From: Candidatus Peregrinibacteria bacterium
GTDB taxonomy: Bacteria > Patescibacteriota > Gracilibacteria > Peribacterales > Peribacteraceae
DNA length: 63,938 nt
Assembly (NCBI GenBank): GCA_037143575.1
Contig: JBAWYM010000002.1
Span: forward strand, 1 to 63,938
Direction: 5' to 3'
Position numbers and translations under genes: made by a program. Below are positions 43,987-53,421 of the stretch, in pieces (the stretch's first letter is position 1; each line of letters begins with the position of its first letter). The notes under the pieces are model-generated. The model was not told where the DNA came from and searched no databases. It saw only the letters and a program-made list of their open reading frames with translations.

Positions 43987-45750
43987 CGTTTCTTCGACAA
44001 TTTTAATCCCCAGCTCCTTGAGCTGCTTTTCCAGCACTACTGACGGGGCGCCCATCATGGCGTCTTGGGCGCGGCCGTTCTTGGGGAAGGCGTAGATGTC
44101 GCGGATACTCGGGCATTCCCACAGCACCATCATCAGGCGATCGATGCCGGGGGCGATGCCGCCGTGGGGTGGCGCGCCGAACTGGAAGGCGCGGATCATC
44201 CCGCCGAATTTCTTGTCCACATCTTCGTGCGTGTAGCCGGCGATTTCGAAGGCGCGGTACATGATGTCCGGCCGATGGTTGCGGATGGCGCCGGAGCTGA
44301 TTTCAAATCCGTTGCACACGAGGTCATATTGGAAAGCGAGGATGTCGCGTGGGTCTTTGGACTCCAGCACTTCCATCCCTCCCTGCGGCATGGAGAAGGG
44401 GTTATGCGAGAAGTCGATCTTCTTCTCCTCTTCGTTCCACTCGTACATCGGGAAATCCTTGATCCACACCCACGCCGCCTTCTTGGAGTCCGCGAGCTGT
44501 TGTCTCTTGGCGACATCGATGCGCACCTGCCCGAGGACTTTGCATGCGGTGAGCCACTTGTCCGCGCCGAAGAACACCGCATCGCCGGATTCTGCCCCTA
44601 CTGCTTTCACAATTTTCTGAGCCAATTCTTCGCCGAGGAATTTCACGATCGGCGAGGAGAGTTCCGTATCTTTCACGAGGATGTACGCGAGACCTTTGGC
44701 TCCGTAGATCTTGGCCGTCTCCGTGAGCCCGTCGATATCTTTGCGGGAGAATGCTGCGCCCTTGGGGACGCGGAGTGCCTGCACGGTTCCTCCCTTCTCG
44801 ATGGCATCAGCGAAGACGGAGAAGCCACAGCCTTTCACGAGTTCAGAAACATCCTTGAGCTCCATGCCGTAGCGCAGATCGGGCTTGTCGCAGCCGAAGC
44901 GCGCGATCGCCTCCTTCCAGGTGAGCTGGGGGAAGGGCGACATCTGAATCTTCTTGTCGCTGAAGGTCGTGGTGAGCTCCACCATCAGCGGTTCGACGGT
45001 TGCGAAGATATCATCCTGCGACACGAAGCTCATTTCCAGATCCAGCTGGTAGAACTCTCCGGGGTGACGATCGGCGCGCGGATCTTCGTCGCGGAAGCAC
45101 GGCGCGATCTGGAAGTAGCGGTCGAGACCGGCCACCATCAGGAGCTGCTTGAACTGCTGGGGAGCCTGTGGCAGCGCATAGAACATGCCCTTGTGAATGC
45201 GGCTGGGGACGAGGTAGTCACGCGCACCTTCCGGAGAGGAATTGGCGAGGATAGGAGTCTGCACTTCCGTGAACTGCAATCCATGCATGTACTTGCGGAT
45301 GTGCGTGATGAACTGATCGCGCTTCATCATCATGTTCTGCAGCGAAGGACGGCGGAGGTCCAGGAAGCGGTATTGCAAGCGCAGATCTTCATTCACGTCT
45401 TTATCCTGATCGATTTCGAAGGGAGGGGTTTTCGATTCACTGAGGATTTCGATTTGGTTGGCGAGCACTTCAATTTCCCCCGTCGGATTCTCCTTGCGCT
45501 CAGCCCCTTCTAGACGCTTGCGCACGACGCCATCTACTTTGAGGACCCACTCGGAGCGGATCTTCTCGGCCATCGCAAACGTCTCTTTATTCTCCGGATC
45601 GATGACGACCTGGGTAAATCCGTAGTGGTCCCGAAGATCGATGAAGATCAATCCGCCGTGGTCGCGGCGACGGTGGACCCAGCCACAGAGGGTGACGGAA
45701 ACTTTGTCGGAGGTGGGGCGGAGTTCGCCACAGGTGTGGGTGCGGAGCAT
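43981..45750 (-). CDS. aspS: aspartate--tRNA ligase (bacterial type)
   Basis: The 589-aa ORF has 'MLRTHTCGELR', an OB fold, class II motifs, and the GAD insertion domain. Confidence 0.92.
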   Translation of the reverse strand: MLRTHTCGELRPTSDKVSVTLCGWVHRRRDHGGLIFIDLRDHYGFTQVVIDPENKETFAMAEKIRSEWVLKVDGVVRKRLEGAERKENPTGEIEVLANQIEILSESKTPPFEIDQDKDVNEDLRLQYRFLDLRRPSLQNMMMKRDQFITHIRKYMHGLQFTEVQTPILANSSPEGARDYLVPSRIHKGMFYALPQAPQQFKQLLMVAGLDRYFQIAPCFRDEDPRADRHPGEFYQLDLEMSFVSQDDIFATVEPLMVELTTTFSDKKIQMSPFPQLTWKEAIARFGCDKPDLRYGMELKDVSELVKGCGFSVFADAIEKGGTVQALRVPKGAAFSRKDIDGLTETAKIYGAKGLAYILVKDTELSSPIVKFLGEELAQKIVKAVGAESGDAVFFGADKWLTACKVLGQVRIDVAKRQQLADSKKAAWVWIKDFPMYEWNEEEKKIDFSHNPFSMPQGGMEVLESKDPRDILAFQYDLVCNGFEISSGAIRNHRPDIMYRAFEIAGYTHEDVDKKFGGMIRAFQFGAPPHGGIAPGIDRLMMVLWECPSIRDIYAFPKNGRAQDAMMGAPSVVLEKQLKELGIKIVEETV

Positions 45751-45821
45751 AGAACGGGAGGAAAAATAGAGGCAGGAATACGAGGCAGAGATCGACGTTT
45801 TGAAGTTCTATAGGGACTATA

Positions 45822-45867
45822 GCAAAAAATGTCATAGTGAGCCGCGTCGAACTACGACATTTTTTGC
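45822..45867. repeat. hairpin repeat with the conserved core GTGAGCCGCGTCGAAC and a copy-specific stem
   Basis: 'gcaaaaaatgtc atagtgagccgcgtcgaactac gacattttttgc'. It has the same loop as 34960..35001 but a different, still complementary, stem. Confidence 0.7.
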
Positions 45868-45871
45868 GTCC

Positions 45872-46234
45872 TCATTCAAAATCCTTCAGTATCGCCCTTA
45901 TGACCTCCCGGAATGTCATGGAGATGTGGTGGTAGGCGTGATGTGTCATATTTGTGCATTCCGATAGCTTCGGTAATGCCTCGAAATCTCCGCGGATGAT
46001 CGCTTCTTTTTTCTTCCTGCTCCATCGTTTTACTCTTTTTTCCCACGAAATAGCTTCATTGATGTCTCCGAATATGCCGACATACACCAACCGCACCGGA
46101 CGTCGGCGGAATGTGTAACATGTTGGATCACAGCCGGACTGATGTTCATACAATCGTCGTTGGTAATCGTTGGTTACTCCTGTGTAGTAGCTATTATCCG
46201 CACATAGCAGAATGTAGACGTAATAATCTTTCAT
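45872..46234 (-). CDS. GIY-YIG nuclease-family protein (UPF0213-like)
   Basis: 'YYVYILLCADNSYYTGVTNDYQRRLYEHQSG' is the family signature. I chose the start at ATG 46234. Confidence 0.75.
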   Translation of the reverse strand: MKDYYVYILLCADNSYYTGVTNDYQRRLYEHQSGCDPTCYTFRRRPVRLVYVGIFGDINEAISWEKRVKRWSRKKKEAIIRGDFEALPKLSECTNMTHHAYHHISMTFREVIRAILKDFE

Positions 46235-46360
46235 GGAAGGAGCGTATCGAGAATAGGGATGATGTTCGAAGAAACATTCGTACACCTCCCTCTCACAACT
46301 CGGAAAATTCAAGCTCTTGGCTTCGAGTCATGGTTCGACTCCGCTCACCATGACAGCTTA

Positions 46361-46807
46361 TTATTTAAACAACCTCCCCACCTCCTCCTTAAACTCCTCC
46401 ACATCTTTAAACTCCCGATGCACCGAAGCAAAGCGGATGTAGGCGACCTGGTCGAGTTTCTTCAGCGCCTTCATCACATCCATGCCGATGGTCGAGGTGC
46501 CCACTTCTTTCTTATTCGCTCCCCACTTTTCCTCGAGGGTCGTCAGGAGCTTATCGATCTTCTCCTGCGTGACCGGTCGCTTGGTGCAGGAGAGCCAGAT
46601 GCCACGTTCCAGCTTGGTCCGGCTGTAGGGTTCGCGCGTTCCGTCGCGCTTCACGACGATCAGGGACGAAAGCTCCTGCCGTTCGAATGTGGTGAAGCGG
46701 TGGTTGCATTTGGGGCATTCCCGTCGCCGGCGAATCGCATGACCATCCTCCGCGATACGAGAATCGATCACGGCCGTGTCGTCACATTTGCAGTGGGGGC
46801 AGTGCAT
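46361..46807 (-). CDS. nrdR: transcriptional repressor NrdR
   Basis: 'MHCPHCKCDDTAVIDSR...CPKCNHRFTTFE' is the zinc ribbon, followed by an ATP-cone. Confidence 0.9.
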   Translation of the reverse strand: MHCPHCKCDDTAVIDSRIAEDGHAIRRRRECPKCNHRFTTFERQELSSLIVVKRDGTREPYSRTKLERGIWLSCTKRPVTQEKIDKLLTTLEEKWGANKKEVGTSTIGMDVMKALKKLDQVAYIRFASVHREFKDVEEFKEEVGRLFK

Positions 46808-46812
46808 AGAGC

Positions 46813-46855
46813 GGAGGACGAAGGACTTGGGACTTGGGACAGAGGGCTTCGAATA
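46813..46855. repeat. degenerate heptamer array
   Basis: 'ggaggac gaaggac ttgggac ttgggac agagggc' lies between tsaC and nrdR. Confidence 0.55.
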
Positions 46856-46897
46856 GCAAAATCATACTGAGTTCCAGCGAAACTGCATAGGAATGTC

Positions 46898-47497
46898 CTA
46901 CTTTCTGAGAATAATATTCGTACCGACGACAATCACTTTTGAAGGTGGGATTTTGGGCAGGACGCCGCTATCGATAAGCAGATCCGGCTGCACCACTTTC
47001 CCTTCGAATTGAGTCACAATCTCTTCCGCGCTGTACGTATTCGGCTGGCCATGGATATTCGCCGATGTCGTGGAGATGGGCTTACCAAAGCGCAGAGCGA
47101 GTTCGGTGGCGAGAGGGTGGGAGGAGACACGAATGCCAATTGTAGAGTTTGTTGGTTGTTGGTTATTAGTTATTAGTTGGACGAAGAGTGTGGGAGCTGT
47201 CTTCAGTAACGGGAGTATGAGAGTCAAAGGTCCCGGTAGGAATTCTCTCGCGAGTTTCTCCGCTTCGTCATTCCACTCCACGAATTTCTTAGCTTCTTCG
47301 ATCGTCGGAAAAAGCGCGCTCACCGGCTGATCGAAGGCGCGTTCTTTGATTTGGAAAAGCTTTTCCACGGCTTTCGGATTGGTGAGATCGCACGCAAGGC
47401 CGTAGCAGGTCTCGGTCGCATGGGCGACGATCCCGCCTTGAGCAAGGATTTCCAATGCCAGAGTGATTGCCTGTGGTGATGAAGGGGTGACCTGCAC
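46898..47497 (-). CDS. tsaC: L-threonylcarbamoyladenylate synthase (YrdC/TsaC domain)
   Basis: It has 'GGIVAHATETCYGLACD', 'FQIKERAFDQPVS' and 'STTSANIHG'. It starts with GTG. It contains an in-frame heptamer-array insert. Confidence 0.8.
   Translation of the reverse strand: MQVTPSSPQAITLALEILAQGGIVAHATETCYGLACDLTNPKAVEKLFQIKERAFDQPVSALFPTIEEAKKFVEWNDEAEKLAREFLPGPLTLILPLLKTAPTLFVQLITNNQQPTNSTIGIRVSSHPLATELALRFGKPISTTSANIHGQPNTYSAEEIVTQFEGKVVQPDLLIDSGVLPKIPPSKVIVVGTNIILRK
47146..47180. repeat. heptamer array inside the tsaC CDS
   Basis: 'agtttgt tggttgt tggttat tagttat tagttgg' encodes 'QLITNNQQPTNS' on the minus strand, in a loop that is shorter in E. coli TsaC. Confidence 0.6.
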
Positions 47498-47610
47498 AGA
47501 GAAAGGTTAGAGACCCCACTACGCCTGCCGGGCTTCGCGGGGCAGGGGTGAGAGACGCCAGACAGCTTACCAAGAATAAACCTATCAGGCCTCTATAACT
47601 TCTGTTGCTT

Positions 47611-47997
47611 CTACAGCCTCCCCATCCATTCCTCGAGCAACTCCAGCAGCCTCTCCCTCGACACATCCTCCCCATACGACGTCGTCACGAAGGCATCGGC
47701 CCCGGCGTCCATCGCTTCCTTGCGGAAGAACTCTCCGTCGGCTGTCGTGACGAGCGCGATGTGGCACTTCGGGAATTTCTCTCTGAGTACGCGGATGATC
47801 TCCGGACCATTCTCCGAAGGGATGTTGTAGTCGATGAAGGCGGCGGTGATTCCCACGGATTCCTCGATGAGATCGATGGCTTCTTCTGAGGTTGGTGCTT
47901 CGATGATTGCTGTATCGATTCCGCTTTCCTGTACGACGATCTTCAGGAAATTTCTCTTCCAGTCACTATCGTCGGCGATGAGGAAGGAGGAGGGCAT
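47611..47997 (-). CDS. single-domain response regulator (receiver only)
   Basis: It has 'FLIADDSDW' and 'AAFIDYNIPSENG'. I chose the start at ATG 47997, because the longer ORF translates the heptamer array. Confidence 0.7.
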   Translation of the reverse strand: MPSSFLIADDSDWKRNFLKIVVQESGIDTAIIEAPTSEEAIDLIEESVGITAAFIDYNIPSENGPEIIRVLREKFPKCHIALVTTADGEFFRKEAMDAGADAFVTTSYGEDVSRERLLELLEEWMGRL

Positions 47998-48054
47998 TGG
48001 GGGAGGTATAGCACGGAAGGGGAGATTGTTGAATGGAATGAGAGTGCCGAAGCG

Positions 48055-48118
48055 AATGACCAAGGACCAAATCCCAATGACCAGGGAAGGACCAATAACC
48101 AAACCACAATTACAGATT
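48055..48118 (-). repeat. degenerate heptamer array directly after the serS stop
   Basis: The minus-strand reading is 'ggtttgg ttattgg tccttcc ctggtca ttgggat ttggtcc ttggtca'. Confidence 0.6.
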
Positions 48119-48120
48119 GG

Positions 48121-49446
48121 TCATTGAATGGTTTCCTGCCCTCCCATATACCCCCTCAGCACCTCCGGTATCGTGATACTTCCATCTTCATTCTGATACA
48201 TCTCCAATATTGGGATCAGGATGCGCGGGGAGGCAATGAGCGTGTTATTGAGCGTGTGGACGAACTTCTTCTTCCCATCCTTGTCCTCGTATTTAATATT
48301 CAACCGTCGCGCCTGGAAGTCGCCGAGGTAGCTGCAGGAGTGTGTTTCACCATAGCCCTTGCGGCTGGGCATCCACGTCTCGATGTCCTGCATCTTCACC
48401 TTGCCCTTGCCCATATCTCCGGTGCACACATCCACCACGCGGTACGGCAATTTCAGCGCTTGCAACACTTCTTCCGCATTCGTCCGGATTTCCTCGAACA
48501 TGGCCAATGCCTCTTCCTGGTCGGCGCGACAGAGAACGACTTGCTCCACTTTATCGAACTGATGAATGCGGTAGAGACCCTTCGTATCCTTGCCATACGT
48601 TCCGGCTTCTCTGCGGAAGCACGGGGAGAATCCGGCGTAGCGCTTGGGCAGGTCCACTTCTTTGAGCACCTCATCCATGTGATAGCTCGCCACCGACACT
48701 TCCGATGTACCGATCATGTACATTCCGTCGGGTTGGACCAGCCCGTCTTTCTGCTCCTGCGCACCCACAGCGTATGTCTGTTCTTCCGCTCCGGGGAAGA
48801 ACCCGGTTCCCATCAGGCAGGCGTAGCTGGCCATGTACGGCGGCGTGAAGTGCACCCAGCCTTTCTTGGTGAGCTGATCGAGCGAGAATTGCAGCACTGC
48901 ACGGTGGAGTCGTGCACCATCACCTTTCAAAAAGTAACTCCGCGCTCCGGCGATTTTGACTCCGCGCGGGATATCGAGGATGCCGAGGTCTTCGCCGAGG
49001 GTTACGTGGTCTTTGGGATTGGCAATTTTGAGAAGTGTCGAGGGATCTCCCTGTCCTGAGCCTGTCGAAGGGCCCCATTTTTTGTTCTCCACATTATCGG
49101 CGTCGCTCTTCCCCACAGGAGTTGTCGCAAGCGGGATCGTGGGAAGCATCAATTGCATCGCGTTCCACTCGACTTCCACAGTCGTGAACTGCTCCTCTTT
49201 GCCTTTCATGTCTTCCGTGAGTTTCTTCATCTCACTCAGCGCCGTCGCTTTCTCCTCCCCTTTCATCGTCGGGATCTTCTTGCTCACAGCATTCTTCTCC
49301 GCGCGCATGTCATCCACAGATTTCTGCAGATCGCGGTGGAGGGTATCGAGCTTGAGGAATTGCTCGATGTTCACCCGCACATTCTTTTTGTCAGCGGCGT
49401 CTTGGTAGACATCGGGTCGGGCACGTAAATCTGTGAGGTCGATCAT
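48121..49446 (-). CDS. serS: serine--tRNA ligase
   Basis: It has the N-terminal coiled-coil arm and the class II core ('GTSEVSVASYH', 'RREAGTYGKDTKGLYRIHQF'). I chose the start at ATG 49446. It contains a repeat-derived insert. Confidence 0.92.
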   Translation of the reverse strand: MIDLTDLRARPDVYQDAADKKNVRVNIEQFLKLDTLHRDLQKSVDDMRAEKNAVSKKIPTMKGEEKATALSEMKKLTEDMKGKEEQFTTVEVEWNAMQLMLPTIPLATTPVGKSDADNVENKKWGPSTGSGQGDPSTLLKIANPKDHVTLGEDLGILDIPRGVKIAGARSYFLKGDGARLHRAVLQFSLDQLTKKGWVHFTPPYMASYACLMGTGFFPGAEEQTYAVGAQEQKDGLVQPDGMYMIGTSEVSVASYHMDEVLKEVDLPKRYAGFSPCFRREAGTYGKDTKGLYRIHQFDKVEQVVLCRADQEEALAMFEEIRTNAEEVLQALKLPYRVVDVCTGDMGKGKVKMQDIETWMPSRKGYGETHSCSYLGDFQARRLNIKYEDKDGKKKFVHTLNNTLIASPRILIPILEMYQNEDGSITIPEVLRGYMGGQETIQ

Positions 49447-49588
49447 GTGTGAAGGGTAGCGCAAAGGAAGGCAGGCATGAAGCTCGATACGAGCTTAAAG
49501 AACGAAATAGCTAATTAAGAAGTTTTACTTGATTTGTCAACTTCCCTTCATTACAATGATCAAGGTTTTTCCTTTTCTCCAATATTCA

Positions 49589-49942
49589 ATGGAACAACGA
49601 AGAATAGTAGATCATGTGACCATCCCCTCAGAGCCAATCGCGATACGGAAGCCTGCTGTTAACCCTGAAAAAATAGGTGAGATGTTTAGAGATGGGGGGC
49701 CTGTCATCAGAGAAATTACTGATAAGACATTCGCTGAGCTGGATAAAGATGGGTTTGCAGCGCGTACCCCAATAGACGTCACGATGGGTGACAACGAGCT
49801 AAAAATTGCTCGCCTGTTAGCCGAGGATCCGAAAGCTTCGGTGACTTATCAAAAAGGTCTGATTTCGACATGGCCGAGAAAACAAGTTAGATGGTCCCAG
49901 GCTGTGGATTCAAATCCGCCAGGTGATTCTGACGCTGCCTAA
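49589..49942 (+). CDS. hypothetical protein
   Basis: This is the 117-aa portion of ORF 49529..49942, starting at 'MEQRRIV'. I recognise no domain. Confidence 0.35.
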   Translation: MEQRRIVDHVTIPSEPIAIRKPAVNPEKIGEMFRDGGPVIREITDKTFAELDKDGFAARTPIDVTMGDNELKIARLLAEDPKASVTYQKGLISTWPRKQVRWSQAVDSNPPGDSDAA

Positions 49943-50056
49943 GATTGGCTCTTCGTAATGATGCATCAGTCGAAATGGTTTGGCGTCAGGCAGACTTAGC
50001 CCTTTTTCTTGGATAATGCATTCCCATAGCACTTCAATGCGCTACACTGCTTCGTC

Positions 50057-52036
50057 ATGTCAGATTCCAAACCCTTCCGCCTCGTCTCCGGCTTCCAGCC
50101 CACTGGCGATCAGCCCAAAGCGATCGAGCAGCTGCTCAAGGGTATCGCCAAGGGTGAGCGTCACCAGACTTTGCTTGGCGCCACCGGCACCGGCAAGACC
50201 TTCACGATGGCCAATATCATCGCGGAGTTGCAGCGGCCCACATTGGTTCTGGCGCATAACAAAACTCTGGCTGCGCAGCTGTGCAGTGAGTTCCAGTCGT
50301 TTTTCCCCGATAACGCCGTCTCGTACTTCGTCTCCTACTACGACTACTACCAGCCCGAGGCGTACCTGCCCGCCACCGATACCTACATCGAGAAGGACGC
50401 GTCCATCAATGAGGAGATCGAGAAGTTTCGCCATGCTGCGACGATGAATCTGCTCACGCGCCGCGATGTCGTCATCATCGCTTCCGTTTCTTGCATCTAT
50501 GGGCTTGGCAACGTCACCGACTACGAGGCTCTCGCGATTACGCTGAAGAAAGGTGATCCCGTGCAGCGCGATACGCTCCTGCGGCGCCTTTCTGATATCC
50601 AGTACCGCAGATCCGGGATTGAATTTAAGCAGGGCATGTTTCACGTTCTCGGTGATATGGTGGAGATCTTTCCGCCGGGGGGAGATACCGCGATCCGGCT
50701 GGAGTTACCGTTCGACGAGATTGATTCGATTGAAGAGGTCGACAGCTTCACCGGGGAACTCGTGCGGAAGATGGATGAAGTGACGATTTTCCCCGCTGCG
50801 CATAATGTGACGACCAAGGAGAAGATCGAGCAGGCCACCGAGGGCATCCTCGCGGAGATGAAGATTACCGAGAAGCAATTCCTCGAGCGGTCCGAGATGG
50901 CCAAGGCCGAGCGGATCCGCACCCGCACCGAGTATGACATCGAGATGCTCAAGGAGACGGGCTACTGCACCGGCATCGAGAACTACATTCGCTACCTCGA
51001 AGGCAAAGAAGCGGGCAGTCCGCCCTCGACGCTCATGGATTACTTCCCCAAGGATTTCCTGCTCTTCGTCGACGAGTCGCATATTACGATTCCGCAGATC
51101 GGCGGGATGCACGAGGGCAATCGCAGCCGCAAGCAAACACTCATCGACTACGGCTTTCGCCTCCCCAGCTCCCACGACAACCGGCCGCTCAAATTCGACG
51201 AGTTCGAGTCACGCGTGTATCAGGGCGTGTACGTTTCGGCGACTCCGGGAAAATACGAGTTCCTCCATACGCCCAAGGAGTGCCTCACCGAGCAGATCAT
51301 CCGTCCCACAGGCCTCCTCGATCCGCCGGTGACCATCAAGCCGAGCAAGCACCAGATCGATGACCTCACCGAGGAAATCCGCCAAGCGATTGCGCGCAAG
51401 GAACGCGTTCTCCTGACGACGCTCACCAAGAAAATGTCCGAGGATCTCACGCAGTACCTGCAGGATGCCGACTTCAAAGTGCGGTACCTCCACAGCGATA
51501 TCGAGACCATGGAGCGCATCGAAATCCTCCGACAATTGCGCACCGGCGAGATCGACATCATCGTTGGGATCAACCTGCTGCGCGAAGGGCTCGACCTTCC
51601 GGAAGTGAGCTTCATCGGGATCCTCGATGCCGACAAGCAGGGCTTCCTTCGCTCGCGCGATGCCCTCATTCAGACGATTGGTCGCGCCGCCCGTAACGTT
51701 AACGGCCACGTGACGCTCTACGCCGACAAAGATACTCCGGCGATTCACGATGCCGTGGCCGAAACCAACCGTCGCAGAGCGGTGCAGGAGGCATACAACA
51801 TTAAGCACGGCATTACGCCCAAATCCATCGAGAAGGCGGTGCGTGACATAGCAGAGTCCCACTCCAAAATGGAGCTCAAGCGTGGGCGCCACGATCACGG
51901 GAAGATTCCCAAAGATGAGAAGAAGAGGCTCGTTGATGAATTGGAATTGCAGATGGAATTGGCGTCGGCGAATCTGGAGTTCGAGAAAGCGGCCGATCTG
52001 AGAGACGAGATCGAATTACTTCAGAAAGGGGAATAA
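50057..52036 (+). CDS. uvrB: excinuclease ABC subunit B
   Basis: It has 'GATGTGKTFTMANII', the beta-hairpin region, helicase motifs, and a C-terminal UVR domain 'LEFEKAADLRDEI'. Confidence 0.95.
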   Translation: MSDSKPFRLVSGFQPTGDQPKAIEQLLKGIAKGERHQTLLGATGTGKTFTMANIIAELQRPTLVLAHNKTLAAQLCSEFQSFFPDNAVSYFVSYYDYYQPEAYLPATDTYIEKDASINEEIEKFRHAATMNLLTRRDVVIIASVSCIYGLGNVTDYEALAITLKKGDPVQRDTLLRRLSDIQYRRSGIEFKQGMFHVLGDMVEIFPPGGDTAIRLELPFDEIDSIEEVDSFTGELVRKMDEVTIFPAAHNVTTKEKIEQATEGILAEMKITEKQFLERSEMAKAERIRTRTEYDIEMLKETGYCTGIENYIRYLEGKEAGSPPSTLMDYFPKDFLLFVDESHITIPQIGGMHEGNRSRKQTLIDYGFRLPSSHDNRPLKFDEFESRVYQGVYVSATPGKYEFLHTPKECLTEQIIRPTGLLDPPVTIKPSKHQIDDLTEEIRQAIARKERVLLTTLTKKMSEDLTQYLQDADFKVRYLHSDIETMERIEILRQLRTGEIDIIVGINLLREGLDLPEVSFIGILDADKQGFLRSRDALIQTIGRAARNVNGHVTLYADKDTPAIHDAVAETNRRRAVQEAYNIKHGITPKSIEKAVRDIAESHSKMELKRGRHDHGKIPKDEKKRLVDELELQMELASANLEFEKAADLRDEIELLQKGE

Positions 52037-52075
52037 CACGGTATTATTCTCTTGCTTTTCTTTCTCCCCACTTCC

Positions 52076-52711
52076 ATGCGGTTCCTCCGGGTCAAGATTC
52101 TCCTTCTCGTTCTTCTGGTCGCAGGTCTTTCTGCAGCCGGAACATCCATCATTCTCAATTCAGAAGGTGGCAGGAGGTTTGCCAGCACGTCCGGGGAAAC
52201 TTCGGATGCGGTTCGCTACGGAACATTCAGCGGGTTTTTTACCACTCAGGAGATCATTTCCTATCCTCTGTTTCTCGATAGCCTCCGGACGACAAGCGGC
52301 GAAGGAACGACATCGCTCATGTTCGGCCCGAGTGGGTTTAAGGGATTTCAGGTGTTCATGAGCGTGACCCAGGCGAGTAAGACGGAGGCCGAGCGTATGA
52401 AGGCCATGTATCTCGATCGTCATTCCTTTCCGGAGGGAGTGAAGAGTACGGGGGGCGGCTATAGCGGCGAGCTCCTATCGTCAGATAACAGAGCGCACCC
52501 GGATCCCAACATGCAGACCTGTAGCTTTGGCTATACATTCTTTATTCCTCTGCGGACGAGCGATCATGCGCTCATTCTGGATATTAATGCGCAAGATCCC
52601 AACTGGGGTATGCCGACCTTCGAGCACTGCACCATTTTCGATGATGACAACTACACTGCCCTCAAGGGTGTCATGGATCACGTGATCGCGAATATTCAGC
52701 CGGCGTTTTAG
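52076..52711 (+). CDS. hypothetical secreted protein
   Basis: The signal-like N-terminus is 'MRFLRVKILLLVLLVAGLSAAG'. I recognise no domain. Confidence 0.45.
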   Translation: MRFLRVKILLLVLLVAGLSAAGTSIILNSEGGRRFASTSGETSDAVRYGTFSGFFTTQEIISYPLFLDSLRTTSGEGTTSLMFGPSGFKGFQVFMSVTQASKTEAERMKAMYLDRHSFPEGVKSTGGGYSGELLSSDNRAHPDPNMQTCSFGYTFFIPLRTSDHALILDINAQDPNWGMPTFEHCTIFDDDNYTALKGVMDHVIANIQPAF

Positions 52712-52801
52712 AGGGACACCCTTCCTATCTTTTCACCATGAAACCGTGTTGATCATCAGGGTGCTGTTGTGGTACGATATTCGAGTATTACTAGTATTCC
52801 T

Positions 52802-53092
52802 ATGATTTCCACTACTCTTTCCATGTGGGGCAACGGTGCCGTCACCCTTCCCAAGAAGTGGCGGGATCGTTATCCGACCAAGAATTTTCTAGCCAAAGAG
52901 AACATATCGGGAAATTTGGTGATTATGCCCGTCGAGGACATCGTCTACTATGAACGAGAAGATGGATCGTATGGTCTTCACTTCCCGCGTGGGATCGAAG
53001 CCGGGGAACTGTTGCGCAGATTCGAAGCAGCTTCGAAAAAGATAGAAAGAGAAGAACGTAGGCTCAGCAAGAAATCACGTACCAAAAAATGA
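52802..53092 (+). CDS. AbrB/MazE/SpoVT-family antitoxin-like protein
   Basis: 'WGNGAVTLPKKWRDRY' is a SpoVT-AbrB swapped-hairpin motif. It lies directly upstream of a RelE/ParE-like ORF. Confidence 0.55.
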   Translation: MISTTLSMWGNGAVTLPKKWRDRYPTKNFLAKENISGNLVIMPVEDIVYYEREDGSYGLHFPRGIEAGELLRRFEAASKKIEREERRLSKKSRTKK

Positions 53093-53095
53093 GCT

Positions 53096-53332
53096 GTGGA
53101 CAGAATTGAGAAGTTTTTGGCGAAGCAACCGCGGCACATCCGAAAGAAGCTGACACAGATATTGGCAGCGTTGTTCTCCGGAGACATTGTGGCGCTCGAT
53201 ATGCTTCCTCTCAAGGGTAGTCCGGGGCACTTCCGTGTCAGGTCCGGGAAAATCAGGATTCTCTGCTATCGCTATCAGGGTGTGTATGTCGTTTATGACA
53301 TTGATAAACGTGATAGCATATATAATACGTAA
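53096..53332 (+). CDS. RelE/ParE-like toxin
   Basis: The 78-aa ORF has 'LKGSPGHFRVRSGKIRILCYRYQGVYVVYDIDKRDSIY'. It starts with GTG, 4 nt after the antitoxin stop. Confidence 0.5.
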   Translation: MDRIEKFLAKQPRHIRKKLTQILAALFSGDIVALDMLPLKGSPGHFRVRSGKIRILCYRYQGVYVVYDIDKRDSIYNT

Positions 53333-53421
53333 GACGGTTTCTCCCCTGTTCTCGATTATCTCCAGAATTTGAACGGCAGGGTGCTTGACATATACCAATA
53401 CTCATCTATCATGATACACTT

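Noticed and set aside
44065-45513. A 482-aa ORF on the plus strand
   Set aside because: It is antisense to aspS, which is unambiguous. The same reasoning applies to 19120..20109 (antisense to pilB), 48124..49059 (antisense to serS), 22819..23583 (antisense to the pilin gene) and 57028..57795 (antisense to uppP).
49895-49925. The tRNA-like string 'gtggattcaaatccgcc', which resembles a T-arm
   Set aside because: The flanking bases do not pair as a T-stem (A:C and G:G mismatches), and I could not build an acceptor, D-arm or anticodon arm. It lies inside ORF 49589..49942.
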